From a virus: a stretch of 51,677 nt of DNA. Of this stretch, positions 8,877 through 18,717 are shown one piece after another; the stretch's first letter is position 1, and each line of letters opens with the position of its first letter. Position numbers and translations under genes: made by a program. The DNA lies in the IMG/VR virus record IMGVR_UViG_3300036770_006530, positions 1 to 51,677 of that record, one strand, 5' to 3'. The notes beneath the pieces are model-generated. The model did no database searches. It saw nothing but the letters and a program-made list of their open reading frames with translations, and was not told the DNA's origin.

Positions 8877-9829
8877 GCGTAGCTCTCCGTCTGGTTTTTC
8901 AGCGTCACCACCAGCATGGCACCATCCGCTGGTGTCTTTTCCCCCCGCACCTGGAAGGATTGCTGGATGCCGGCAGGCCCGGTAATCGACAGGCCGGTGC
9001 GTTGCAGACGCACCGTATTGGCCGCGATGGTCAGGGACCTGTTGGCATCGATGGCCCAGGCGGTGGAGATGCCGACGGGCGTGCCGACCGCCGCCTTGTC
9101 CAGCAAGGCATCCGTGTCGAAGCGCAGGTCGAGGCTGCCGGTCAGGGTGGACAGGCCTTCGTCCACTTCCTGCACTTCGTTTTGCAGATAGGTCTGCGGA
9201 TCCAGGTTGTTGGAATAGGTCAGGCTGCCGCCGACGATGCGGGCCACGGCATTGCCATCGACCGTGATGGTGCGCGCCTTGCGCAGCAGCCGCGTGCCGG
9301 GGGCGGGTGCCCCGGCAGGTGTGCCCGCACCGGTTTCCGTCAGCTTGGTAACCTTGGCACCCATCATGCCGAAAGTGGCACGCTCCACACCGCCGGTCGC
9401 AAATTGCAGCTGCATGGTGTTGGCCATCAGATCCAGGACCTGATCAATGCGGCGCGTGTGATCCAGGCGCGGCGTTTGCAGCTCCAGCGTATAGACAGGC
9501 AGGCCGAACTGCCCGGATTTCCAGACATGGGTGAAATTGCCACCCGTACCGGTGGTGACCGGATTGCCCAACAGCATGGTCAGCAAATGGCCAATCGAAT
9601 GCAGATAGAAGGGCGCGACCAGATCGCCGCCCACCGTCAAGGCATCGGTGTCGGGGCTGTCAGGGTCGCGACCCTGACCAATGCCCAGGGTGCGTTCGTC
9701 CGTCAGCGCCTCTGACGGCAGGATCGTATGAGAGAAGAAAGGCAGCGTGTGATAATTGCCCGTCGCCGCCGTTTTCCGCACGGTCTGACGGCCCAGATAG
9801 GCCAAGGCCTCGACGCCCATACCCGACAT
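8873..9829 (-). CDS. Major tail (tube) protein
   Basis: The track ORF was trimmed to the third ATG of an ATGATGATG run, 6 nt after AAGGAG (9836..9841). About 318 aa, located immediately upstream of the chaperone pair. Confidence 0.7.
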   Translation of the reverse strand: MSGMGVEALAYLGRQTVRKTAATGNYHTLPFFSHTILPSEALTDERTLGIGQGRDPDSPDTDALTVGGDLVAPFYLHSIGHLLTMLLGNPVTTGTGGNFTHVWKSGQFGLPVYTLELQTPRLDHTRRIDQVLDLMANTMQLQFATGGVERATFGMMGAKVTKLTETGAGTPAGAPAPGTRLLRKARTITVDGNAVARIVGGSLTYSNNLDPQTYLQNEVQEVDEGLSTLTGSLDLRFDTDALLDKAAVGTPVGISTAWAIDANRSLTIAANTVRLQRTGLSITGPAGIQQSFQVRGEKTPADGAMLVVTLKNQTESYA

Positions 9830-9840
9830 CATCATCTCCT

Positions 9841-10278
9841 TCAGGCGCGGGTGAACCCCAGCGCATCGGTGGTGGCAAAATAGAAAGCCACGGGCACCAT
9901 GGCCTGGCGTTCCGTGTGGTTGCCTTCGACAGGGTCTTCGGCAATGTCCGTCAGCGGCTCCATCTCCGCGTAATCGACAGTGCCGCCCATGGTGGGATCG
10001 CCGCTGATCAGTGTGGCGACAGCGGATAACAGGCCATCGGTGGTGGCGCGGCGACCGGTCCCGGCGGCCCGAATTTCGATCTCCGCAACCCATCGCCAAT
10101 GGTAAGTGCGGGGCGAAAGGCTTTCTTCTTCCACTTGGCCATCGCCATCAAACAGCAGCACGGCCCCGGCGGCGGTGAGCGTGATCGGTTTGTCCGGTTC
10201 GCGCTTCACCGTGGCGAGCGGGATGGTTTGCAGGTGCTGGTGCAACCGCTCCAGCCCGGCATCAATGACGCGCGGCAT
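9841..10278 (-). CDS. Tail completion / tail terminator-like protein
   Basis: ATG at 10278 in a TGAcATG junction. 145 aa. Assigned by synteny between the neck and tube genes. Confidence 0.45.
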   Translation of the reverse strand: MPRVIDAGLERLHQHLQTIPLATVKREPDKPITLTAAGAVLLFDGDGQVEEESLSPRTYHWRWVAEIEIRAAGTGRRATTDGLLSAVATLISGDPTMGGTVDYAEMEPLTDIAEDPVEGNHTERQAMVPVAFYFATTDALGFTRA

Positions 10279-10279
10279 G

Positions 10280-11020
10280 TCACCCCCCGCTTTCCAGATG
10301 TTGCAGCAGTTTGGCCGGCAGGCTGGCAAAGGCCCGCTGCGTGACCGCGTCCAGATCCAGGCGGCGGGCGATCTGGACCTTGGGCACCAGCAGGAACATG
10401 GGCAGCCAGCCCTGTTTCTGCATTTGGGCAACCCGTTTGCGGCGGCCACTGCCCAGCAGCTGCCGGTCATGGTTGTTGCCCCGGAACACACGGGTCTGCA
10501 CCCGACCGTTACGGCTTTTGGCGTAGGCTGTGGTCAAGCGGATGCACCACATCAGGGCGCCATTGGCGACCCGAATGGTGAAGGTCATCTTCTTGTCGGC
10601 CAGCATCTTCTCCGGCGTGACGATGACGCGCCCCTGACGTCCCGCCTGCCGCTGGCCCTGTCGCAGGTTATAGCCCGTGGGGATGGCCAGATACCGTCCG
10701 CCACCACCAGGGGTGATGACGGCACCCTGTGACAGGTTCTGCAAGGCGGCCACGGCGCTGCCGATCTGTCCTTGTTTGCCGGCCCGCACGAAAACCAGCC
10801 CCGCCGCACCGCGCGAAAGCCGTCCGCGCGGGTAGGTTTCCGCGCGCACGGCATTGGCAAGGCGGGTGGACAGGCCGGCGCGGCGTATTTGCGCCCGCCA
10901 GCCTGTCTTGATCTCCTCAGATGCCTCTTTGACCGCCCGCGTGATGGCACGGCGCTGTGCCGCCAGTTCCGCTCCCATGAATTCTTCGAGATTGCCTTCC
11001 AAAGCGGACCCGAAGCGCAT
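10280..11020 (-). CDS. Neck/head-tail connector protein (HK97 gp10-like position)
   Basis: ATG at 11020 (MRFGSALEGNLEEF). Trimmed from the track ORF 10280..11107, which would overlap the upstream gene. Confidence 0.45.
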   Translation of the reverse strand: MRFGSALEGNLEEFMGAELAAQRRAITRAVKEASEEIKTGWRAQIRRAGLSTRLANAVRAETYPRGRLSRGAAGLVFVRAGKQGQIGSAVAALQNLSQGAVITPGGGGRYLAIPTGYNLRQGQRQAGRQGRVIVTPEKMLADKKMTFTIRVANGALMWCIRLTTAYAKSRNGRVQTRVFRGNNHDRQLLGSGRRKRVAQMQKQGWLPMFLLVPKVQIARRLDLDAVTQRAFASLPAKLLQHLESGG

Positions 11021-11033
11021 GGCAGTTGCCCTT

Positions 11034-11354
11034 TCACGTCGCCGGAACGCAGTCCAGCAGCCAGATTTCCGGCTGTTTGGGGTCTGGGCGGCGATCTTGC
11101 AGTTCAAAGCCGCCCAGACCGGTCACCACCAGGCCGCATTCGGGCTGGGGATCGGGCCATTCGGCGCGGCGCACCTCAAACACGAACAGATCAGTCGCAA
11201 CGCTGGACGCCTGGAAGACGTTTTGCGTGGCGGTTGGGGCCTGACGGATGACGCGGACGGCAAACGCCGTCCCGTCCGTGGGGGTTACCGTGGCCATCAC
11301 GCCGATTTTGGCGTGGAGCGGCCGCAGCAAGTGCCCATCCCAGTCGATATCCAT
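11034..11354 (-). CDS. Head-tail joining protein (FII-like position)
   Basis: 106 aa located between the capsid and neck genes. Confidence 0.45.
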   Translation of the reverse strand: MDIDWDGHLLRPLHAKIGVMATVTPTDGTAFAVRVIRQAPTATQNVFQASSVATDLFVFEVRRAEWPDPQPECGLVVTGLGGFELQDRRPDPKQPEIWLLDCVPAT

Positions 11355-11355
11355 G

Positions 11356-11370
11356 GCGAACCACGTTCGC
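11356..11370. repeat. Dispersed palindrome copy 3 (spacer CAC)
   Basis: Ends 1 nt upstream of the ATG of 11034..11354. Confidence 0.9.
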
Positions 11371-11371
11371 G

Positions 11372-11629
11372 TCAGGAAGGGGCAGGTTTGGACGGATCAC
11401 CGCCGGCGGGGGCACCATCGGGCGGGGGATTGGACGGGTCACCGCCCGCCGGGCCCCCGCTGGGGAGCGGGGCGAGGGGTGCCGGCGCGTCCCGGACAAT
11501 CCCGGCGGCCTTCAGCTTGGCCGCTTCTGCGGCAGACATGGTCAGGGGGTAACCGTCACCATGAAATTCACCGTTGATTTCCTGGCTGCCATTGACCAGC
11601 ACATCAACAAAGGTGGGCTTCTTGGACAT
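11372..11629 (-). CDS. Small virion-module protein with a Pro/Gly-rich tail, function unknown
   Basis: ATG at 11629 lies 7 nt after GGAGG (MSKKPTFVDVLVNGSQEING). The C-terminal PAGGDPS motif occurs twice. Confidence 0.55.
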   Translation of the reverse strand: MSKKPTFVDVLVNGSQEINGEFHGDGYPLTMSAAEAAKLKAAGIVRDAPAPLAPLPSGGPAGGDPSNPPPDGAPAGGDPSKPAPS

Positions 11630-11648
11630 CGTAGAGCCTCCAAATGAC

Positions 11649-11671
11649 AAGCCCCGCCGGCGGCGGGGCTT
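11649..11671 (-). terminator. Hairpin after the major capsid gene (AAGCCCCGCC/GGCGGGGCTT)
   Basis: 10-bp stem with a 3-nt loop, followed on the minus strand by GTCATTTGG. The U tract is weak, so this may be an attenuator. Confidence 0.45.
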
Positions 11672-11700
11672 GTGTCAGGGGAAATGGGTGGGTGTGGCGG

Positions 11701-12747
11701 TTACGGAGGCGGTGCCGCCATGTCCAATTCCACCAGCAGATCGACACGCTGGCACAGCGGCAGCGGATTGGATTCCGAGTGCATATCAATGCCCTTGCCA
11801 TGCTTCATGCGCTCAATCGAGATGAACACTTCAGGCGTGCCTTCGGTGTTGACATCCTCAATCGTGTCCGCCGGCGCGAAGTAGGTGGCGAAGGCCTGTT
11901 GCGTGCCCAGCGGAATGACATGGCCCTTGCCGGCGGCGATGAAGCGGCGGGAGGCCCCGGTCAGGTCGCTGGCGACGGCGTTGTACTCCTCGAACGTGAT
12001 GGCCCCGAAGGTGAAACCCTTGCGGATATCCTTGTTCACGATCTGAAGCGCGCTCTGCGTGGCCAGGTACTTTTCCTTTACCGACTTGTGGGCCACCAGC
12101 TTGGAGAAGAACTCACGGCTGACCAGCGCGTGAATGCCCGACACCGTCTCGCCCTTGGCATTGTCCTCCATATGGCGGGCAACCTCGAACGTCTTTTCCG
12201 CGACGTCGGTGTCAGGGTCGTCCAGGTTGAAATAGACAATCTTTTTGCTGACACCGAAGGGCGCGAAGACCTGGAACAGGTCATACAGCACGCGGCTGCG
12301 ACCATCGACGATCTGGCCCTTCAGCGCGCCCATGCGCAGATATTCCAGCGTGATGGCGTGGCGCTGTCGGATGTAGCGCAGCTTCTTGGCCGTTTCATCG
12401 GCGATGCCCGCCAGCTGTTTGCGCCCAGACCCAAAGCGGAACCGGTTCTGCAGGGACTTGGCCAGGATCGCATCCTCATGCGGGATGTGCGGCACCTCCA
12501 ACCAGATGGACCCTTCCACCGGTTCGCGGCCCACAGAGCCCAGCTTGCCGCGATCTTCGGCAGCCAGGATCGTGATGAAGCCGTCTTCGAACTTGATCTC
12601 CACCAAGGTGGAAGCCACCCCTTCGGCGGGGAACAGGTTCAGCTCGTTCAGGCGGCCATACATATTGGGGATACGGTTGATTTCGCGGGTCAGGTCCGTC
12701 GCAGTGTACGGAAACTCGATCCCGCCTGCCAGGTTGATAGCGGCCAT
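11701..12747 (-). CDS. Major capsid protein, lambda gpE family
   Basis: 348 aa starting MAAINLAGGIEFPYTATDLTREINRIPNMYGRLNELNLF. Size and position match E-family capsids in lambda-like modules. Confidence 0.85.
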   Translation of the reverse strand: MAAINLAGGIEFPYTATDLTREINRIPNMYGRLNELNLFPAEGVASTLVEIKFEDGFITILAAEDRGKLGSVGREPVEGSIWLEVPHIPHEDAILAKSLQNRFRFGSGRKQLAGIADETAKKLRYIRQRHAITLEYLRMGALKGQIVDGRSRVLYDLFQVFAPFGVSKKIVYFNLDDPDTDVAEKTFEVARHMEDNAKGETVSGIHALVSREFFSKLVAHKSVKEKYLATQSALQIVNKDIRKGFTFGAITFEEYNAVASDLTGASRRFIAAGKGHVIPLGTQQAFATYFAPADTIEDVNTEGTPEVFISIERMKHGKGIDMHSESNPLPLCQRVDLLVELDMAAPPP

Positions 12748-12749
12748 GA

Positions 12750-13427
12750 TTACCCTTCCTCAGCGGTCGACATGCGGCGGGCGGCCAGATCCGCCAGGGC
12801 CGCATTCTTGTTGTCGGTGGTGGCACCGGCGGGCCAGACGATCTCCGCCAGGTTCAGGCGGGCATCGGCCTGGACGATGACGCCAGTCCCATCCGCGCCA
12901 TCGGGGGCCTGATAGTCGCCGATGAACAGGCCGGCGGCGATCTGGCGGCCATCGGTGGCGGCAAAGTCGATCTCCGTCGCCTTCTCATCGCCCTTGGCGA
13001 CCGTCAGGGTGAAGCTGTCGCCCACCGCAAAGTCAGTGCCGCTATCGGCCAGCGTGAAGCCGATCTGCGGATTGCTGTAGGCGATACCCACGGTGGCGTC
13101 CGGCAGGCGGTAGCCTTCCGGGTCGGTAACGGCGAAGGTGCCGGCATTGGAGGCTGTGGCGATGCAACGCAGTGTGTAGACCCCGATCTTGGTCGCACGG
13201 CCCCGCGCAACCGACCCCACGGACCCGCCGCCGGTATTGGTGCCGTTGGCGATGGTGACGGCACCGAACAGGCGCAGGCCCGCCAGCGATCCCTGGCGGA
13301 TCAGGCGGGAGGAACCGCTGCCAGCCAGGATGGTGACACCCCGGCGCGTGATCTCCGGCGCGCCCTCCCATTTCAGGACGCCATGCAGGGGCTTCGGCCC
13401 CGACATGGAAAAATACGGCATGCTCAT
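12750..13427 (-). CDS. Head decoration protein (gpD-like C-terminal part)
   Basis: Located directly upstream of the capsid gene. The C-terminus reads IAAGLFIGDYQA...ARLNLAEIVWPAG. Confidence 0.55.
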   Translation of the reverse strand: MSMPYFSMSGPKPLHGVLKWEGAPEITRRGVTILAGSGSSRLIRQGSLAGLRLFGAVTIANGTNTGGGSVGSVARGRATKIGVYTLRCIATASNAGTFAVTDPEGYRLPDATVGIAYSNPQIGFTLADSGTDFAVGDSFTLTVAKGDEKATEIDFAATDGRQIAAGLFIGDYQAPDGADGTGVIVQADARLNLAEIVWPAGATTDNKNAALADLAARRMSTAEEG

Positions 13428-13990
13428 TTGACCTTACCCCCCATGTTCGTGATCTGACGCGACACGGCGACAGACAGGCTCCTGGCCGTATCGTCGCCAT
13501 TATCCGCCCCCCCGCCGCCCAGCGGCGGGACCTTCACCCCCCGCATGGCCGACGACAGCGAACCGCCCTTGGCCGGCGGGGCAGCATTGCCGCTGGCCAG
13601 AACGGCAATGGCCTGCTTGGCCGACAGGTCGGTATTGAAGGCCAGCATGCAGGCCTGTGGCACATTGCCGGCGGCGGCGGGGTCCGCGAAGATGGCGGCG
13701 CAGCGCTTGCGTTCATTCACCACGGCCTGCCGGGCGGCGGCGGCGATGGCCTGGGCGGTGGCTTCTTCCTCGCCATCGCCCTCTTCTTCGTCACCCTCCC
13801 CTTCCGCCTGTTCTTCTTCCGCCGGTTCCTCTTCCTCACCGTCGGCAGCCTCTTCTTCGGTTTCTTCGGCGGCGGCCTCGGTCTGGGCCTTGGGCTTGGG
13901 CAGCTTGGCACCTTTCGCCCCCTTGCCCGGCGGGGCAGCTGCCGGCTTCTTTCCACCCCCCCAGAGGTGGGCAAACATATTCAGTTTCAT
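13424..13990 (-). CDS. Head scaffolding protein with an acidic Glu-rich linker
   Basis: Lies between the protease and decoration genes. It has a long E/D/G run, and the C-terminal ERKRCAAIFADPAAAGN...LSAKQAIAVL motif is common in scaffold domains. Confidence 0.55.
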   Translation of the reverse strand: MKLNMFAHLWGGGKKPAAAPPGKGAKGAKLPKPKAQTEAAAEETEEEAADGEEEEPAEEEQAEGEGDEEEGDGEEEATAQAIAAAARQAVVNERKRCAAIFADPAAAGNVPQACMLAFNTDLSAKQAIAVLASGNAAPPAKGGSLSSAMRGVKVPPLGGGGADNGDDTARSLSVAVSRQITNMGGKVK

Positions 13991-13994
13991 GGAC

Positions 13995-14846
13995 CTACTC
14001 CTGGCTGTCAGTCAGACCATTGACCACGGCCATGAAGGCCTGGTCGGGGCGGACGACGGCGTCGGCCAGCCCCAGACCCACCGCAGCGGCGGCGGGATAG
14101 CATCGGGCCTCGGTCGCCAGGGCGGCATCGACCGACAGGTCGGCCCCGGCGGCCATGCGGCCCCGTGAAACGGTTTCGGCAAATAGGCGGCGTGTGCTTT
14201 CCAGCTCCGCCGTCCATTGGGCGGCCACATCGTCCGGCAGCGGGCCGAACGGGTGGCCATCGGTTTTGTGGGCACCCGCCTGCAACAGGGTCGGTTTCAG
14301 ACCGCCCATGGCGTCGGCAAAGTTCCAGTGGACCAGCATGGCGCCGATGGAGCCGACACCACCCGTGCGCGGCACGGCGATGCTGTCCGCCACCGATGCG
14401 ATGGCATAGGCGGCGCTGTAGGCATGTTCGGCACAGATCGCAAAAATCGGCTTGGCTGTGGCCTGCGCGCCCTCTGCCAGCCAATCGACAAAGTCGAAAC
14501 AGCCCGACACATCACCGCCGCCGGAATTGACATCCAGGACGATGGCGCGGACCTGATCATCATTGAAGGCGGCATCGGCCTGATAGCGCAGGGCGTCATA
14601 GCCGGTGGCAAACGGATAGCCGATCCAGGGGAAGGATTGCAGCAGCACGCCATGGACCCCGATCACCGCCACACCGCCAGCCAGATCGAAGGGGCGGCTA
14701 TTCTGCTGCGCACCGCCAAACATGCTGTGCGCACCGGGTTTTGGCCGGTTCTGCTGGGCGAAATGGGCGGCCTCCCCCATCTGCGACATGACCTGTGCGG
14801 CGGCGCGTTCGGCTACCAGGGCAAGGTGAATGAACAGCTCTGTCAT
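13995..14846 (-). CDS. Head maturation protease, S49 (SppA/ClpP-like, lambda gpC-like)
   Basis: 283 aa with an ATGA overlap to the portal stop. Contains VLDVNSGGGDVSG and AYSAAYAIAS motifs typical of S49 peptidases. Confidence 0.8.
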   Translation of the reverse strand: MTELFIHLALVAERAAAQVMSQMGEAAHFAQQNRPKPGAHSMFGGAQQNSRPFDLAGGVAVIGVHGVLLQSFPWIGYPFATGYDALRYQADAAFNDDQVRAIVLDVNSGGGDVSGCFDFVDWLAEGAQATAKPIFAICAEHAYSAAYAIASVADSIAVPRTGGVGSIGAMLVHWNFADAMGGLKPTLLQAGAHKTDGHPFGPLPDDVAAQWTAELESTRRLFAETVSRGRMAAGADLSVDAALATEARCYPAAAAVGLGLADAVVRPDQAFMAVVNGLTDSQE

Positions 14847-16453
14847 GGATGCCCCCTCATGCCGCCCGCCGGTTCTGGCGGGGCGTCGGCACTGCCGATC
14901 AGTTTGTGGAACTCATAGGTGGCGGGATGGGCCATGCCGTCGGGCATTTCCTTCATTTCCACCCGCAGTTGATCCAGCACCTCCTCCCAGTCCATCCCCT
15001 GTTCGGCGGCTTCGCGTTCCAGGGTGGACAGGCCGGCGCTGATCCCCATGACCGCCCCTTGTTTCTCCTTAGTCGGGTCGACCCAGCCCCGACCCGGCCC
15101 CAGCCACAGGGAGCGGGTATAGGCGGCCCGCGCGTCCTGAAAGGACGGCGCACCCGGCGGCAGGTCGATCAGACCCAGATCGATGACATCCTCCAGCCAT
15201 GCCCCGAAGATCGGCAGCATGAAGCCGGCGGCGAAGCGATGTCGCCGTGACGACAGGGTGAACCAGCTTTCCAGCAGGGCCGCGCGGGCACTGCTGTAGT
15301 TGGTCTGCGTCCAATCCTGGGTCAGCTCCTCATAAGAGGTGCCAAGGCCAGCGGCGATGCCACGCAGCGAGGCCGCTTCAAACGAAGCAAAGGCGGCGTT
15401 GGGGCGCGCCGCCGTCTGAAAGCCGATCTTTTCGCCCGCGAACAGGGCAGGCAGCTTCACGCCCCCCAGGGTCAGGTTGCGCTGTTTGTGATAGGCACTG
15501 CGCAGTTCCTGATATTCACCCAGCTTGCCGTCGGACAGGGTTTCCGCCAGCGCGTTGGGATCGAAGGGGCTTTCGATGAAGGCGCACAGGATGGCGTTCA
15601 ACACCGCCGCCTGCAATTCCACCCCTTCATACTTGTCCAGCATCTTCGTGCGCGACAGGACTGCCGACAGGGCCGACACACCGCGCGTCAGGCCCGCCCG
15701 GCGGATCGCGTCATAATGATGGACCACGATGGGGCGGCCCCACGCCGTCTCACGCGGGATGCGTTCCCAGGTGAAAGCGTCGTTGCCATCAGCATACCAG
15801 TCGCCGGGATGAGCCCGGCGGATGTGATAGGCAATGGGCGCGTCGTCATCATCAGTTTCGATGCCGCCGCGCAGATGGCTATCATCCGGCTGGTCATAGG
15901 GATTGGACAGGCGGTCGGGATCCAGCACCTGCACTGCTGTGCGGCACCGGGCGCCGGGCCGATCCTCCCGCCAATGCAGGACAGCCACGGCGTCGCCTTC
16001 GGCCAGGTAATGGTTATAGGCCTGGCCCTGAATCCCGGCCATGTCCAGCCGGCGACCGACATCGCAGAAACAGGCGGGGTCATTGGCGAATTGCCGCCAT
16101 TCCGCCTCCACCTGCCTGCCCCAGGCACGCGCCCATTCGGCAGAGAGACCCAGGGCACGATAGTCAGGCTTGGCCGACAGGCGCAGGCCCTGGCCACCGA
16201 TGGTTTTGTCCGTCTGGCGCTGCCGGAAGCCGGCGATCCAGCCATTATTGCGGATCAGGTCGCGGGCGCGTGCATCGATGACAGGGCGTTCGGACAACAG
16301 GTCGCCATCAGCCGACCCGCGATAGGGATGCCAGCCGGCCAGTTCCTGGCTCATCGGGTCGGCGGCATTATAGGCGGTGGGGGCGACATCCCCGCGCGCA
16401 GAAGCGCGGCGCAGGGACGCCAGTGGCGTGACGCCATCGGACGCCAGCAGCAT
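14843..16453 (-). CDS. Portal protein, lambda family
   Basis: 536 aa. Follows gpW and the large terminase in the canonical lambda order, with a TGATG overlap. Confidence 0.85.
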   Translation of the reverse strand: MLLASDGVTPLASLRRASARGDVAPTAYNAADPMSQELAGWHPYRGSADGDLLSERPVIDARARDLIRNNGWIAGFRQRQTDKTIGGQGLRLSAKPDYRALGLSAEWARAWGRQVEAEWRQFANDPACFCDVGRRLDMAGIQGQAYNHYLAEGDAVAVLHWREDRPGARCRTAVQVLDPDRLSNPYDQPDDSHLRGGIETDDDDAPIAYHIRRAHPGDWYADGNDAFTWERIPRETAWGRPIVVHHYDAIRRAGLTRGVSALSAVLSRTKMLDKYEGVELQAAVLNAILCAFIESPFDPNALAETLSDGKLGEYQELRSAYHKQRNLTLGGVKLPALFAGEKIGFQTAARPNAAFASFEAASLRGIAAGLGTSYEELTQDWTQTNYSSARAALLESWFTLSSRRHRFAAGFMLPIFGAWLEDVIDLGLIDLPPGAPSFQDARAAYTRSLWLGPGRGWVDPTKEKQGAVMGISAGLSTLEREAAEQGMDWEEVLDQLRVEMKEMPDGMAHPATYEFHKLIGSADAPPEPAGGMRGHP

Positions 16454-16683
16454 CAGAACTGCACCAACCGCGCCGGCGGGCGGCCACCCTGCCCCAGCTG
16501 CCCTTTCAAGGCCTGGACATAGACGGACAGGCGGGTCGCGTCCGCCGGCGTATAGTTCACCTGGCGGCCGGAGGCATCGCGAATGGAGACCACCGACGTG
16601 CCCATTTGCAGGTCATGCAGCGCCTGTTCTGCCTGCGCCAGCCGCAGGCGCAGGGTTTCCGTGTCGGTCATTGTTGGCTCCAT
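16453..16683 (-). CDS. Head-tail joining protein gpW-like
   Basis: 76 aa located between the terminase and portal genes, as in lambda. Confidence 0.7.
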   Translation of the reverse strand: MEPTMTDTETLRLRLAQAEQALHDLQMGTSVVSIRDASGRQVNYTPADATRLSVYVQALKGQLGQGGRPPARLVQF

Positions 16684-16685
16684 GG

Positions 16686-18713
16686 TCAGGCGAAGCGGGC
16701 AGCCAGCCGCGCCAGTCGTTCCTGTTCAGCTTTCGCCGGATCGGGCGGCTGGCGAACCGCGTTCGCAGGCAGCGCATCCACCCCGGCCTTGATCGCGGCG
16801 TCGCGCTCGCCCGTGGCAGCCAGCACCGCGCCGGCGGTGCTGGTGACGGCTTCCATCATGTCCAGCAGGTCCATCGTGCCGGCCTCTGGTGGAGCGTCGC
16901 GCTCCACCTCCAGCCGGTCCCAGTCGGTTTCCTCGAACTGCCTCCAGCCCAGCTTGTGGGCCAGCGCCTCGGAGTAAACCATCGTGTCCAGGGCTTCGTT
17001 CGGCTTTTTGCCTGGGTTCTTCCAGACATAGACCGTGAAGCCATCGCGCCGGATCTCCGGCACGCGCCGTTCGGCGGTCAGCTGGTCAAAATAGCCGTCC
17101 GGCAGGTCGGTGCAGAAATCGACATAGCCAATGGAAAGCGGGTCGGATTTGGACAGGTACTTGTAGAGGCTGGCCTTGATCTGGCTCACGCCCACATTGA
17201 AGAAATTCTTGGCATAGCGCTTGACCTTGCCGTCGCGCCCCCGGTCCTTGCGGATCAGGGCCAGGGGTGGGGCAGCATCGCCCTTGTCACCGCGCAGCAT
17301 GAGGACGCGGCCTGGATGCTTGCGCACCCAGTCATAGACATCTTCGGTGTGGTAGTTACCATCGATGCCCGCCAGATCCAGGCCGCGCTTGCGCGCATTG
17401 GGCAGGCGCCATTGCCGCTTGATCAGGGCATCCAGCGCCTTGCGGGTATCATCCTCCCCGATGAAGCCTTCGACGACGCCATGATCAACCACGGCGCGGC
17501 GCTTGCCCCGGCCATAGGCCACGGCCTGCCATTCGACGCGGTCGCCCTGACAGTCGGCCGCCAGCACCAGCAGCGGATGGCCAAACGGAATGATACCGCG
17601 ACGGCGTGACGATTGGCGCGCCCTGTCGCGCAGCTGTTCAGCGGGCGGGGCCTCGCCCTGGATATCGTAAGCCAGCCCGATCCAGTCGTTGAAGAACCCC
17701 TGTTCCGCCGCCGGGTCGCCCTTGACCTGGAACCATTTGCGCGCGATGTCGGCCCAGGTTTTCAGCGGGCTGTAGGCCGTCCAGAGATAGAGTCCGACGA
17801 CGACGGCCAGGACATTCTTGGCCACCCACCGCCCGGCCTTGTTCATGGTGTAGCGGTGATGCTCGTCGATCCGCTTGCCGCAGTCGGGTGACGTGCAGGT
17901 GAAATGCGCGTCTTCTGGATGGGCCTCATCCAGGTTGGCCGCCATGTTCTCCCATTCCAGGGCCTGTAGGTGGCCGCAATGCGGACAGGGGACGTGGTAG
18001 CTTTCCTGTGTGGACTGGTCATACCGCTTGGAAATGCGGCAATTGTCCTTGATCAGCGGGGTGCCGATCTTCACGACCTTGCGGTCGGCAAAGGCGCTGG
18101 ACCGGCTATCGGCCTGCACCTCCGGATCGCCGCCGTCGTTCGTGCTCCATTTCGAGAGATCGTCCTGGACCTGGATACGGACGGACAACATCGACAGGGA
18201 GGCCTCGGACGAGGCGCCCGAGATTTGCAGCCACGCGCGACCGTCCTTGGTTTCCTGGTACAGGTTGGCCGCACCTGCCTCCCGCTTGACGATGGTCGGC
18301 AGGATGGCGGCCAGGGCCGTGGTGGACTTGATGAAGGGCCGCCATTTCTGACGCGCCCACCGCTTGGCGTTACCCTCCGTCGGGTGCAGGTAGAGGATGT
18401 TTTCGCGGCCCCAGTCCAGATAGGCGCCACATAGGATCTGGGCGATCAGCGTGCCGCCCAGCTGGGCCGATTTCTTCAGGACGATGTCGTTGGCCGGGTG
18501 ATCCGGCGCGCAGACCTCAAACAGCCGGTTGAAGAAGGGGAAGCGGTCGGGATCGTAAGGGCCGGGAAACTGTGACTGCCCCTTGTCCAGCTCCACATTC
18601 TTGACCGCCCAGGCCCGCATATCCATGGGTGGCGGTACGTCCAGCACCTCCGACAGGACCGATGCGGACAGATGCTCCGGACTGGCCAAGTATGAGAAGC
18701 CGTCCAGCGGCAT
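16686..18713 (-). CDS. Terminase large subunit, GpA-like
   Basis: 675 aa. Contains the zinc-finger-like motif HVPCPHCGHLQALEWENM...FTCTSPDCG and has the size typical of lambda GpA-type terminases. Confidence 0.85.
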   Translation of the reverse strand: MPLDGFSYLASPEHLSASVLSEVLDVPPPMDMRAWAVKNVELDKGQSQFPGPYDPDRFPFFNRLFEVCAPDHPANDIVLKKSAQLGGTLIAQILCGAYLDWGRENILYLHPTEGNAKRWARQKWRPFIKSTTALAAILPTIVKREAGAANLYQETKDGRAWLQISGASSEASLSMLSVRIQVQDDLSKWSTNDGGDPEVQADSRSSAFADRKVVKIGTPLIKDNCRISKRYDQSTQESYHVPCPHCGHLQALEWENMAANLDEAHPEDAHFTCTSPDCGKRIDEHHRYTMNKAGRWVAKNVLAVVVGLYLWTAYSPLKTWADIARKWFQVKGDPAAEQGFFNDWIGLAYDIQGEAPPAEQLRDRARQSSRRRGIIPFGHPLLVLAADCQGDRVEWQAVAYGRGKRRAVVDHGVVEGFIGEDDTRKALDALIKRQWRLPNARKRGLDLAGIDGNYHTEDVYDWVRKHPGRVLMLRGDKGDAAPPLALIRKDRGRDGKVKRYAKNFFNVGVSQIKASLYKYLSKSDPLSIGYVDFCTDLPDGYFDQLTAERRVPEIRRDGFTVYVWKNPGKKPNEALDTMVYSEALAHKLGWRQFEETDWDRLEVERDAPPEAGTMDLLDMMEAVTSTAGAVLAATGERDAAIKAGVDALPANAVRQPPDPAKAEQERLARLAARFA
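16752..16766. repeat. Dispersed palindrome copy 4 (spacer CGC)
   Basis: Inside the last codons of the large terminase, about 68 nt upstream of the gpW-like ATG. Confidence 0.9.
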
Positions 18714-18717
18714 GGGC

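Noticed and set aside
13750-13900. GAA/GAG/GGC-rich simple-sequence stretch
   Set aside because: It is the in-frame acidic linker of the scaffold-like protein, not an independent repeat element.
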